Shown piece by piece: positions 1-12,480 of a DNA stretch of 64,000 nucleotides. The notes beneath the pieces are model-generated. The model worked only from the letters and a program-made list of their open reading frames with translations. It ran no database searches and was not told the DNA's origin. Each line of letters opens with the position of its first letter. Position 1 is the stretch's first letter. A program made the translations under genes and the position numbers. This DNA comes from Marsupella aquatica (lineage: Eukaryota > Plantae > Marchantiophyta), in NCBI GenBank assembly GCA_973895155.1, contig OZ316899.1, positions 3,907,141 to 3,971,140 on the forward strand, written 5' to 3'.

Positions 1-16
1 GCTAAGGAGTACCCTT

Positions 17-2343
17 TTGGTTGCCCATTGTACACCGGAGCTGAGGAAACAATTCTTCCATCCACAGAGCGTTAATGACAATCCAGTGAAGCAATGGTGC
101 CATACCTGGCAAACTTGGAACACTGTGGAGGGAATCGCTATTGGTTTGCTGCAAACTTCCCTACGCCAGGTCAATGATATAGTCCCCGCCAATCGGTTGC
201 AAGAGTGGGAGTGTGAGTCAATTGAATCGCTTATTGAAATAGTCTCAAATGACTTCAAGAAATTTGGGGACACTGTGAAAGGTAAGTTTTTTAATACAAT
301 GTGGCCTTCCAAGTATCTCGACAAGGTTGATTACACCCTCAAGAATCAGAAGAGGGCCAAACGATACCTGTACCGTTTCTTCATGCATATGGAGATTGTG
401 AAGCCAGATTACTTTTGGGCATACCCTGCTGCTTTCCAAAAGTGGATCGTTGTTCCTGAAGGAGACATACTGGCCGACATGTATTCAATGTATCCCGCTA
501 AAGGGTGTCTTCCACCAAGGAAATTGTCAGAATGGGAGAGAATTCATTGTCCTTGGTATTTGGACACCAATAGATGGGACTCTCCATTCGGAGACATTGA
601 GAAAGACGCATTTCATAAGCTTTCAAAGTCTCAGGTCCCTCCCAAGTTTGTGTCCAACATGAAGCAGGGAATCGAAGGTGGTGTGAGCAAGTTGGCGACA
701 GAATTGCAATCGGTGTGCGAAACTATGGTTGTTCATGTTGATCAAAGTCGCAAACCCAGAGCCAAAGCAAAAACCGAAGCTGCGGCACCGAGTACCTCAA
801 CGCGGTCCGCCAAAAAACGTAAGTTGTCATTCAGCTTGTAGCTTCACATTTTGGTTAGCGCCAGGCGCTGCTATATGACTATGTCTATTGGTTTGTTTTT
901 TCAATTGGTTTGGACAGCGCCTGGCGCTATTATTCAGCATTGAATAAATTCTGCTCTTTTTCCTTTAGGTGGGAGAAAGTTTGACGCTGCAACCGACGAA
1001 ACAAAAGTAGATGCCATAGCCTTCCGAAGCCAATACCGGTGCCTAGTCAGACCCAGTAACTCCAATTGACAAAGCAAAAGAGATCGTCCCTCTTGATGCA
1101 ACCAGTACAAAGAAGAAGAAGAAAAAGGCAATTCAAGTTGGAGAATCTTCCCGAGATGATGCCGCTGGAACTGGTGTTTAGAGAGATGTGGGAACCTTCA
1201 AGAGCAAATCTTCTAGGCATTGCATGGTGGAAACAAGTATCCAAGAATTTATTGATACTGCTTTCAACAAAGCAGCGAAACCAGATTGGGTGACTGATGC
1301 AGAGAAATGGGGAAAGGACTTAATCAAGTCGGGTTCCCGAGTAAAGGGAGTAATCAGAGGAGGAAAAGAAAGATCGTTTGGTGTCAATGCAGGATTCATC
1401 TATCTTCCTACTGGACTTAAACCTACGCTCATGGACCGTCGGGTTCCAAAGTGGAATGTACCAGACCACACAGTTCCCAGTTCTTTCTTCAAAGCGATGG
1501 ACCCTTTCCTTTCTGATGATGGCATGCTTGCGATCTTGTATTCAGATGACCATGACCAGGTCTTGCAGGTCATTTCAGCATGCCAGCAGTCAAAAAAGTT
1601 CCATTGTGTCAATTCTCACAATGTCGTCATGTCTATGCCCATGTACAGAGCAAAGACCGATATTCAGGTACAGATCGTTTTATCTCTTGTTTATTGTTAG
1701 CGCCCGGCGCTAATTTAGTCTTTGCTGTAGTTCTCGAAACATTACCCGTCGGTTGATAATTTGAGCCAAACGTGTGCGATGCGTGCAGGTATTTACCCTT
1801 AGGCTAGACATATTTTGTCGGACTTCTTCAAAAGGAAAGGTACCAAAGGATCCAAGGTTTAAGCCTCTATCAATAAGTGAAGATCCTTCGATCTCTAACT
1901 TGATTGGGCTCCCAACCTTGAAGACAGATCATTGCCCGGAGTTGGATTTTGCTGGGAATGCCTGTCTTTCGGTTGGTTTTATGTAGTCGGTGATAGAGCT
2001 TTTTACTCTTCCTGGAGATATTGTCCTTGACTGGACTGTAGGTTCAGGAAGCACATTCATTGCTGGTGATTTTTCTGGTCGTTTCGTGATTGGGTTGGAA
2101 AATAGGCGTGAGTTTGTTGAGACCGCATCAAGGGTTTTCTTAGAACTTCTTGATCCCAGGCATGTTCCGATATTGCCTCCTCCCGCGACCAATTTAAGTG
2201 GTCGCAAAAAGAAAGATAGACTCCAATCTGTTCTCAATTTTGATTCCGACGAAGAGGAAGGTACCTCTGGAGATGTCGGAGATGACACAGAGAAAACACA
2301 GGAGGAAGATTCTTCGGAGAAGAGCGAAGACTCAGACGAGTAA
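17..2343 (+). pseudogene. Spliced, decayed N6_N4_Mtase (beta-class DNA amino-methyltransferase)-like gene
   Basis: Exons about 17-818, 969-1667 and 1789-2343, with GT-AG introns 819-968 and 1668-1788 (the second is an in-frame phase-0 join, ...KTDIQ|VFTLR...). The C-terminal block IELFTLPGDIVLDWTVGSGSTFIAGDFSGRFVIGLE matches the SAM-binding motif I region of beta-class MTases. In-frame TAG stops at 1044, 1179 and 1984; the exon 1/exon 2 join needs one indel. Motif IV is degenerate (FIYLPTG). Confidence 0.72.
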
Positions 2344-3422
2344 TGTTCTTCCAGTAAGCTTCTTTATCCTTTCAAGTGTTGTTGACAATTCTGGGTTCTT
2401 GCTCTCTTATCTCCTAAACTCATATGTTTTTCCGTTTTACTGGATCAGGTCAGAATGGAATCCGAGGAAGCGTTTCCAACTCCGGAGGAGACTAGATGGA
2501 ATGTAATTGTCACTCCTGAGAAGCCGTTTGTTTTGCCCTCATATGCTGAAAATGCCGCTAGGAGGGTTGACAAAATTAGAACTCTTTGTTGGGAAACAAA
2601 AGGTCTACGTCTTCAGAGGGGAGCAGACAGGAAGTTCATGAGGAACCCTTATATAGATGATGTTTCCCAAAGCAAGTACATTGATGACGAAGCCGCGTCC
2701 ACGGACAGATCTGAAAGCTCCGCATCAGAAACATCTGGTAGTTTATAGGTAGAAATGGGGTTTTCTTCAAATACGTCATTTAATGTTTCAATATGTAACC
2801 ATTTTGATGAATTGGCTGATTTTAAGCCCTTTCAACTTTTACTAGCGCCAGGCGCTCCTCAAACATACTGTCACTATTATATTTTTATTTCAGATCCTTG
2901 AAGTTTGAGTTGTGAAGACGTGTTCTCAGGTGCAATATTGGCTAGCGTCGGGCGCTTCCCAATTTTCTAAGGGTTCTTGGGTGTGGATTCTTTCCGGGCT
3001 GTGGTTGCATGAATGTTTTGTTTTCCGTCTGATTTTGTGGTATTAGGTGAGCTGGCGGGAATAGTCATGGATCTTTGCAGCTAGATGTCTTCTGGAAAAA
3101 CCCTGATCGGGAGGAGGCTAGAGTAGACAATGGTTGTCAACTGGGATGATTGTAGTAGTGCCAGGCGCTAATGAAAGGTTTTGGTTAATTATAATTGACT
3201 TAAATAGCATTCCGAGATCGAACATTTCATAACCCCCTTCATTAAATATCCTCCGAGAGTGCAATTGGTACAAATTATAGACTCTTCATAGCGCCCGGCG
3301 CTAGCAATAATCGTGGAGAGTTCCTACTGGTACGAGTTTCTTATATTTACTCCTGTTTGTTTTTTTGGTGTCTTTTAAAAAAACCTCGCCTTCGGCGCTA
3401 TTTTTACCAGCGCCGGGTGCTA
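856..3422. repeat. Dispersed interrupted palindrome TAGCGCC-N-GGCGCTA (at least 8 copies)
   Basis: Copies at 856, 916, 1698, 2843, 2943, 3156, 3289 and 3409, a degenerate one near 3387, and another at 29687. All lie in introns or non-coding arm sequence. Confidence 0.92.
2455..2748 (+). CDS. Short acidic ORF, possibly the last exon of the MTase-like gene
   Basis: 97-aa ORF preceded by a pyrimidine tract and CAG acceptor near 2447; candidate donor GTAATG at 2340. No recognisable domain. Confidence 0.3.
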   Translation: MESEEAFPTPEETRWNVIVTPEKPFVLPSYAENAARRVDKIRTLCWETKGLRLQRGADRKFMRNPYIDDVSQSKYIDDEAASTDRSESSASETSGSL

Positions 3423-3639
3423 CCAGAATTTTTTTTCAAAAGTTTGAGACTAGAATTTTCCTGTTACCAATCTTTTTCCCTGTTACCAGTTTCTGTTATG
3501 AATGCCTGTTTCCTGTTTTCCTGCCTTTTGTAAACACCTCATACACATAAGGGTGCCAAAAATTATCATAAAGTAAATTTTTAGATATAATAAGGGTAAT
3601 GTAAATGAGGGAAAAAATACTAAGAAGGGGGGCAAGGGG

Positions 3640-5230
3640 GCTCCGGTCGCAGGGGGTTCACTTAATATACATAGAGTGAGGGCCCAGGGGGGTCAATGCA
3701 TGAGATGCTTGCTTTGAATTGGGATCAAGAGGCAACTACAAAATTGAATTAAGCTGCTATAGCTTCAGGCATGGGATGCTCATCAGAATTGGCTGGCTGC
3801 CTTGATGTTGCTAATTGGAATAGAGCTATGGCTACTGATTGGATAAAGTTGCTTGCTATGGAGGAATAGGTTGCTGCTGATCAAGAGGTGGCTGGCTGCT
3901 GCTCATCAAAATAGACTGCTAATAATCTGAATAGGCAGCTGCAAAATTGAATTGAGGCTAGCTCGATTCTGAGAATAGAGAGGTTGTTGGCTAGCTGTGA
4001 GCTATATATGGTGGGCTACGATGTTGAGTGGGCTAAAAAATTGAAGGGCTAGCGGCTGATCAGACTGACTGCTACACAAGAATTAGAAGGGTTGGCTTCG
4101 GGCACGAGATGCTACTGCTACACAAATTGATGTTGATTCAATGTGCTACCACGAGAGAATGCTGCCGTTTCAGATTGAATTCAAGAGAGGAGAAAAACAG
4201 CTGCAAATTTGAATCGGCTTCTTCCCCACTCTTTCCCTGCCATCCCTGGATCCTTACCAACTTCATAGCTCTTCCCTAAATATATCTCTTACCCCCAATC
4301 GTAGCTCTCTATTACTCCCTGAGTCCTTGCATTTGTAAGCCGTCTCTCTTCTCCCTTTATAAACTCCACTCCCCTGATTGATAAGAACTTGGTCCTTACG
4401 AGAGTCGTGGCCCTGGTGACACTTGGAATCCCTATAAGGGGCGTGTAAAGAGTAAGTGTAATTGCGACATGGTTTATACCTACTTTACACCAAAAAAAGG
4501 CCAAATGAAAATGGGCATAACTTGGGCTAGGGGCATCTGTTGGGGCTTTGTGTTAAGTAAAGGGAAGGTAAGGCACCCCTTAGTGAAGGTGGAAACCCAA
4601 GAAAAGAAACACCCAAAGAAATTCTTAGTCGAGGCCAAGAGGGGGTCCCGATAGCTTACAAACCGGAGCCGATATAGGGGAATGAATACCAGATTTAGAG
4701 GCTGACCTTTCTCGCACCCATACCACTTTATTTAGGATCTAGGGAAGGGTACTTACCCTTGGTCCAAGGTGTAAGGCCAACAAGTTAAGAGAAGTAAGCA
4801 TAGAGGGTAGTTTACTTAGGGTAGTAAAAGGGTTACAAGTAAAATAAGGTCAACTTTGACTAGGCATAACTTGAGACTCACTCACTCTTTTGGCAAGCTT
4901 TCAAGTGGGTTAGAAATCTGGTGAGGAGGACCATAAGTGGGAGCTGGTTTGGAGGTCAAAGCATGCAACTCATGTGCGACATATTCCAGGGCTTGGAAGG
5001 AGTCAAAACAATAGGTTGTAGAGTGGGCTATGAACTATAGATTTGGACTTTGTGTGTTAGGAGGACTTGGGGGAAGTGTAGTTGGACCCCAGGTCAAGCT
5101 TGGTGTGGTGTGGAAGGAGAATAGTATATAAGGTAGAAGTTTTCCTTTATTAAGGGCCCATAATTCTCAGTTCTCAATGTATAATCTATACCTTGCTAAG
5201 TTGGGGCTAGGCTTGAGAAGGAGGTGAGGG
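3640..5230 (+). mobile_element. Diverged LTR fragment of the Athila-like family at 50658-63155, in opposite orientation
   Basis: Reverse-complement similarity to about 51400-52750, e.g. GGACCCCAGGTCAAGCTTGGTGTG at 5084 versus 51520-51543, plus the GCTGCT-rich tract. Boundaries approximate. Confidence 0.8.
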
Positions 5231-6705
5231 TTTAGGTCAGCCTCTAAATCTAGGTGGAAATGAGTGGGTTCCTAACATTTACAAAGAATACTACAACTGG
5301 TGGGTGATAGCGGGCGAGACGCCAGGAGAAAGGGATGAACCGTCTGAGATAGCGAAATAAGTTGCGTTACCAGCGTTGGGCTTGCCGTCAAATTGATGTA
5401 GTGATGGCAAGCGATGCGAAGGCAACCGAGTGGGAGGCTGCATATGAAAGAGAATTAGGGCAGCCGCTTATTTTACAAGGAGGATGGATTGATGAATAGA
5501 ACTAGGTTAGGAAGAGGAGAGTAGCTCAATAGAATCACGGTGACCATTGCCCCATTCTTAGGACCAATTGTAAAGTATTTAAACCCCTGGTCCAAAGCAA
5601 TGAGGGGGGAACATTATTCAATTACATGGCATGCAGTATTTGCAAGCAGATTCGCGTTGATGTGCAATGTTCTTTTCCCATTCTGATAAGTCAATCTTTA
5701 TTGAATTTCTAGTGGAGATTGTCATTGAGGAAGTGAGATTCAAATACTAACAATAGTGACAACATGAGGCTATCTTCCCCTGGATTGCAAGTTGTTCGGA
5801 CCAGGATCAAGTTTGGATAAGTTATATCACTTTGTGGTTGTGGGTCTTGCCTATGACAAGAGCAAGGATGAAGAGGCTCTGCCATGATGTGGTAAGCATG
5901 GGGGTCTAGCGGGAATTTATCTCCCAAGCTTTACCGCTTGTCTATAACCTGGAGAATCACCCATCGGATATAGGCCCTTTGTGTGTTGCCCTAGTAGTAT
6001 ACGACTGTTCGAGGGTGGTTGAGGAAAAAGAGGTAGTCTCCCCTTTTTCCTATCCCTTGGGTGGTTTGGACACTACTAGAAAGCTTGCCCCCGCCATTGT
6101 GTACCTTCTTGTGACCCCATGGTCAAACTAGAGGAGGGAGGTACCTGGTGGAGGTTTGGACAAAGCGGAGTGCTTTGAGTGGACGTCCAGGATAAACCTA
6201 GACCAAACTTGAGGTCCTATTCTTGGTCCAAACACCATCATGATAGGACATCTGGTTCAAAATTCTGTAAAAATGACTATGAAACTGAAGGTTAGGACAA
6301 CAAGAACTATGCACAACCATGCATTTTTCTCAGTAATCCGTGCCTTGGTGCCCCTTTTTGACCAGTGGTGGGCAAGTCCTTTGAATCTCCGAGGGGCTTT
6401 CCATGCAGTAGTAATAGAGTAAGGGTTGTAGGTAGTAGTATTGGTAGTGCATTTATTTGTGTAAGGCCTTGTAACCTAGGGCTATAGAAAGGTTCCCTTG
6501 AAAGAGGATAGTTAACTAGTTTTAGACTTGGGGGGGTCACTTTCACGGAAGTGGCACATCACGTGCGACAAAGTAAAGACCCATTTAAATAGGTGTGGCG
6601 GAAGACTTCCAAAGTTTGGTGGAAGAACACATAGGGCATGTTTTATTGACTAGTCAACTTTAAAGAACACATAGGCCTATTTAATTGTAAAAAATACTTT
6701 CTTTA

Positions 6706-6859
6706 TGTTATACCCTACCCGGAAACCTACCTGATCCGAGGTTAAACCTCCTATACAGTTAGACCAAGCCTAACCGCCTAAACTGTCTAGCCACCATAAG
6801 AGCTATATGTAATGACCATATGATGAATGAAGTTATTAGTTGTTCAATCCTTTACAACA
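6706..6859 (+). repeat. 5' LTR of copia-1
   Basis: Direct repeat of 12327-12480; runs TGTTATACCC...TTTACAACA. Confidence 0.96.
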
Positions 6860-6871
6860 CGTTATCAGCAC
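6860..6871 (+). promoter_or_regulatory. Primer binding site (half-tRNA-iMet type, typical of Bianca)
   Basis: CGTTATCAGCAC immediately after the 5' LTR. Confidence 0.85.
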
Positions 6872-7197
6872 AATGCTGATTTGAATCAATTTTTTCAAGA
6901 TCATCCTCCTTTTTTCTCCTGAGAGTGAAATTTTACCACCTCTTAGGAAGGAATTTATGGCAGGCATAGGTGCAGCGGTGGCTAGAACCATGAAGGGTGA
7001 TGGAACATTATAAATCGAGATCACCATCGCAATGAATTGGGCGCAAAACCGAACATTGAGATAAGACACTCAAATTCGCCCATTACAATTCACAATTCCT
7101 TACTTCAATTCCTCAGATTTGCAATTGCGATGTTGTAATTCGCCCCTTACAACATTCAAATACATTAGCAAAATTGTGCTTACAGTCTACCACTAAA

Positions 7198-10100
7198 ATG
7201 TCATCGCATACTATGGAGAAGCTCTTATTTCAAGCACTCAGCATCGATGGTGCCAACTACTTGTCATGGATACTTGATACTGAAGCTCATCTAACCTCAA
7301 AGAATCTCCAGGATACCGTCATCACTGACCAAGGACAAACACTTCAGCAAAAGGCGCAGGCACTGGTCTTAATTCGACACCATTTGAGTGAACCTTTGAA
7401 GAGGCAATACATGAACGAATACAACCCGAGAGTTCTTTGGGACGCCCTTCAGTCACGCTTCGACCACACGCGCACCATACACCTGCCAGCGGCCAGACAC
7501 GACTGGATTAATCTTCGTGTCCAAGACCACAAAACCATTGCTGATTACAATTCTGAACTATTTCGAATTGTATCCCAATTGGCCATATGTGGCCATCCCG
7601 TCAATGATGACGAACAGATTGAGAAAACGCTCTCTACTTTTCACTCCACGAATCTCATTCTCTCTACCCAATATCGCAACATGCGTTTTACACAATACTC
7701 CGAACTAATTGCCGATATGCTCTTGGCCGAAAAGCATCAACTATTGCTCTTACAAAATTCCCAACGTCGACCCCCTGGAACTTTACCTCCAGCCACAAAC
7801 CCCGAATCCCACTATGTCATCACTCAGAGGGGAGAGAGTTCAACTTACCGCGGCCGTGGCAGCTTCAGGGGGAGAACCCCATATAGAGGCCGAGGTAACT
7901 CCTTCCGAGGACGTGGAGGCCGCAGCAACAATTTCCGAGACAGATCCAGGGGACGACATCAAAACAATGGCGGCAACTTCCAAAACAATTGGCAACGAGG
8001 AAACAATCAGCCTCGACCAAGGACCAACCTACAACCCAGCAATCAAAGAGATAAACTCGATAACCCCTCTACTTGTTTCCGTTGCGGCACTAAAGGCCAC
8101 ATTCAAAAATTCTGCCGTGCCCCTACACATCTTGTACAGCTATATAAGCAGAGCATTTCACAAAATGAACTTGAGACGTACGGGACTTTCTTAGAATCTG
8201 TTGATTTAATACCATCTATCAACATGACTATACCAAGCCACGATTCTAATATAAGAGAAAATCTTTCCCACTGCATCGTCGACAGTGGCACATCGCATTC
8301 CATTTTCCAACATAAGGCATACTTTAAGCAAATTACTCCATCACAAAGAAAACTCACGACAATTATGGGCCAGCATCAATTGGAAGAGGGTTTCGGACCT
8401 GCACTGGTCACCCTACCAAATGGCACACCAATCCATGTGAAGTCGGCGATATACGCTCCGAAGGCCACCAGGAATTTACTCAGCTTCGGGGACATCCGCG
8501 CAAACAAGCTACACATCAAGACGGGCACCAAGGATGGAGAGGATGTCTTATATGTAACCTCGGGGGAACCCCCACATACCCAGATCAGGGAGATCCTTTG
8601 TGCATCACCCCCTGGTTGTTATACCACCAAAATTTACAATTTCCATACCAAAGCACCCCAAGGCACACTTACTGAGATCTGGCATAGGAGATTGGGCCAC
8701 CCTGGAACGACGATGTTCCACAAACTCATCTGGGAAACCCAGGGTATCCCGGATAGGGTACACCCTACGTCTATGAAAGCCCCCTGTTTAGCTTGCTCAC
8801 AGGGCAAGCTCATAATACGACCCTCTCCACCCACAACTGAACACCAAATCCCACGTTTTCTGGAACGCATACACGCCGATGTATGTGGACCAATTGACCC
8901 TCCTAGCGGCCCATTCCGATTTTTCCTGGCAGTCATCGATGCATCAACAAAATGGAGTCAAATATCTCTGTTATCCACAAGAAACCTGGTATTCTCCAGA
9001 CTCCTCGCCCACATACTCAAACTGAGAGCACAATTCCCTGAGAACCACATTAAAACAGTGCGAGTGGATAACGCCGGTGAATTCACCTCAAAGACATTCG
9101 AAGATTTTTGCCAAGCCACAGGCATCGACGTCCAGTACCCGGTCCCTCACGTTCACTTCCAAAATGGGATAGCGAAATCCCTGATCAAACGATTACAACT
9201 GATTGCCCGACCCCTACTGATGCAGACGAACTTACCCACTGCTGCCTGGGGCCACGCCATACTCCACTCTGCTAAGCTATAGACCTTCATCCTTTAACTC
9301 AACTACCCCCCACCATTTAGCATTCGGCAGCATGCCAAACGTCTCCCACCTACGAACATTTGGCTGCAAAGTCATGGTCCCCACCTTAGGCCCCAAGAGA
9401 TCCAAGATGGGGCCCCAACGCCACACCGGCATCTACATAGGTTTCGATTCAACCTCCATCATAAGATATATGGAGCCTACTACGTCGGATGTATTCAAAG
9501 CACGTTTTGCCAACTGCCACTTCTACGAAGAGATCTTCCCCAGCTTACAAACGCAACAACAGCTGGACACCGAGAAGCAGACCCAACTTACTTGGCAAAT
9601 TGATACTAAATTCTGGAATGACCCACGGGACACCCATACGGACATTGAGGTACAGCGGATCCTACATTTGGCGAGGATGGCCGACCGCCTACCTGATTCC
9701 TTCACGGACGCCGCCCAAGTGACTCGCTCCCACATTCCAGCAGCAAACGCACCATCAAGAATCCAAATGGAGACCCAACCAGCATCAACTACTGCCCCGA
9801 AAGCAAAAAGAGGTCGCCCATTGGGATCTGCAGACAGACAGCCAAGACAACGAAGAGCCGCCCCACCAACTGCATCACCCAGAGGACAATCTCCACCCCC
9901 ACCACTTGTACCCGAAGACAATGCAGAAATATCAATAAACTACCACAAAACCGGGCACGTCTGGAACCGAGAACATACCACAATAGACGAGCAATTTGCC
10001 TTCCATATCGCACAACAGATTGAAGATGAACTGCCAGATCCACGAACAATTCGAGAAGCGGCAGCTCTACCTGATTGGCCCGAATGGCAACAGGCCATCT

Positions 10101-11779
10101 ACTTAGAGCTGGACTCATTGATCGCCCGACAAGTATTTGGACAAATTACCATAGCAGAACCTGAAGTACACCTCACAGGTTATAAATGGACGCTGGTTAA
10201 GAAACGAAATGCAAAAGGCGAAGTTACCAGATACAAGGCGCGACTGGTGGCCAGGGGATTTACCCAAGTCCCTGGCAGAGACTACGACCTCACATACTCA
10301 CCAGTGATGGATGTCATCACCTACCGGTACCTCATCACATTCTCACAGCGACATAACCTTTCCATGCACCAAATGGATATTGTTACAGCATACTTATATG
10401 GGCACTTAGACAAAGTCATCTACTTGGAGGCACCACCCGAGCTGGTGAAACGAGTACAATACCACACTAAAGGAAAACATATACCCACCGTTGGCACCCA
10501 CAATCTGGCGGAAACATTTGAGCACACCAATTCAGAGATACTCCTGAAGACTGCATCGAAGATAGCACTCAGCGAACCTAGCCAGCATCAACGGGACACC
10601 ACTCAAAGAACTCGATTTGCAGTACAAGTACTGCGATCCCTGTATGGCCTTAAACAAAGCGGTCTGACCTAGTATAAATGATTTAAATCGGAAATGTTGG
10701 CAATGGGCTTTACTAATGCTGACATCGCACCCTGCCTATTCCTAAAACGAGAACACACTGAATTCATTATTGTCGCTATCTACGTGGACGACTTAAACCT
10801 ATTTGGAACCAGAAAGATTATGACAGAAACGATTGCTCTCCTGAAACAAGTTTTTGAGATGCGCGACCTAGGGCAGACTTCTTTCTGCCTAGGTCTACAA
10901 TTTGAGCACCTGCACAATGGCATTGTTTTGCATCAGTCCACCTACATTAAAAAGATACTTCGACAGTTCAACATGGATAAGGCCACTGCGGTCAGATCCC
11001 CCATGGACATCCGCTCACTTGACAGAGAAAAAGATATCTTCCGGAAGAGAACTGAGACGGAGCCACTGCTTGGCCCAGAGAAACCATACCTATCTGCTAT
11101 AGGCGTACTGATGTTCCTCTCGAACCAGACAAGGCCTGATATAGCCTTTGCCGTTAACTTATTGGCACGCCACAGTGCCACGCCGACTATCCGGCATTGG
11201 AATGGGATCAAGCGCATATTCCGCTACCTTGTGGGTACCATGGACCTGGGACTTTTTTACCCATCAAATACTAACTATACACTTACAGGATATGCCGATG
11301 CAGGTTACCTCTCGGACCCAGAAGATGCGAAGTCACAGACCGGTTATATTTTCTTGATGGGACCGACAGCTATTTCATGGTGCAGTTGCAAGCAAACATT
11401 AACCACTACATCATCAAACCATTCCGAAATCATTGCCCTCTACGAAGCAAGTCGCGAGTGCATTTGGCTACGCAACATCATCAATCACATCCACGAAAAT
11501 ACGGGCATACCTATACTCACCACACCAACCATCATCCACGAAGATAACAGAGCCTGTGTCGAACAGATCCAAGCAGGCTTCATCAAGGGAGATCGAACCA
11601 AACACATTGCCCCCAAGTTTTTCTTTACGCATGAACAGCAAGGTAATAACATTGCAGTTAAATGGATACAAAGCTCAGCAAACATCGCAGATTTGTTTAC
11701 GAAATCACTTCCTCCTGTACTCCATAGACAACATACACTCTCCATAGGGTTGCGAAACTTAGCTGAATTACAGGACTAA
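7198..11779 (+). pseudogene. Copia gag-pol polyprotein, disrupted
   Basis: ATG at 7198. CCHC knuckle CFRCGTKGHIQKFC, protease DSGT, integrase HADVCGP/DNAGE, RT YVDDL, RNase H YADAGY. Frameshifting deletion near 9280; stops at 10670 (TGG>TAG) and 10679 (CGA>TGA). Confidence 0.95.
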
Positions 11780-12326
11780 CACTCTTCGGACTCCATCCGA
11801 CCTACTTGTTTTCCTGCCCAGGGGGAGAATACAGGTGACCCTCACAGCAGCTCCACGACCCCAACCAAGATGCGCTTAGACACAACAGACCTAACACCAC
11901 ATCAGGGGGAGCATCGACCATTGACCATCGACCATCGACCCTCGCTCTCAACGACGAGTAACAAGACGCCCACCATCGCAAATGTCAAAGACCTCACAGC
12001 TGCAGCTCACACCACGATCACACTACAAGATGCAACTCACCTAACGCACATCACATCCACAATATCAAAACCTAACGATGTGCACCTTACGACCAGCAAT
12101 ACACTGTGTATATAGACACATTATACATTACCATTATTTTTCATGACTTTAGATTACTATATAGCTCGGAGGAAATGGTAACACTCTTTCCCCCTGCAAG
12201 AAAGGAGAGGGGGTTTTAATGAGGTTACATTTTCCCTCCACAAATTACTAGGATAAACTACATCCCAAAGTAGGTTTTTCAAATGGCTGCAACATCACCT
12301 TGGGTTATGTTACACCCAAGGGGGAG

Positions 12327-12480
12327 TGTTATACCCTACCCGGAAACCTACCTGATCCAAGGTTAAACCTCCTATACAGTTAGACCAAGCCTAACCGCCT
12401 AAACTGTCTAGCCACCATAAGAGCTATATGTAATGACCATATGATGAATGAAGTTATTAGTTGTTCAATCCTTTACAACA
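12327..12480 (+). repeat. 3' LTR of copia-1
   Basis: Preceded by PPT AAGGGGGAG (12318-12326) and followed by TSD CTTTA. Confidence 0.96.

Larger units (their letters stand above)
1..3540. mobile_element. Right arm of a TIR DNA transposon (Sola2-like by inference) carrying a DNA-methyltransferase-like gene
   Basis: Ends in ...TTTTGTAAACACCTC (3540; reverse complement GAGGTGTTTACAAAA), matching the terminus GGGGTATTTACAAAC at 17408. Both ends share subterminal CTGTTACCA/TGGTAACA repeats and TAGCGCCNGG palindromes. The left end lies outside the window, so the TSD cannot be checked. Confidence 0.5.
6706..12480 (+). mobile_element. Full-length Ty1/copia LTR retrotransposon, Bianca lineage
   Basis: 154-bp LTRs TG...CA (6706-6859, 12327-12480) differing at 1 position; 5-bp TSD CTTTA; PBS CGTTATCAGCAC; PPT AAGGGGGAG; domain order gag-PR-IN-RT-RH. 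Confidence 0.96.

Noticed and set aside
5300-6500. Decayed ORF with a hint of Ulp1 protease (FPI...WRL)
   Set aside because: Too many stops, and no convincing catalytic H/D/C spacing.
11913-11941. CATCGAC heptamer run and extra GGGGGAG tracts in the copia 3' UTR
   Set aside because: Simple repeat and PPT-like copies common in copia UTRs; no evidence of a separate function.
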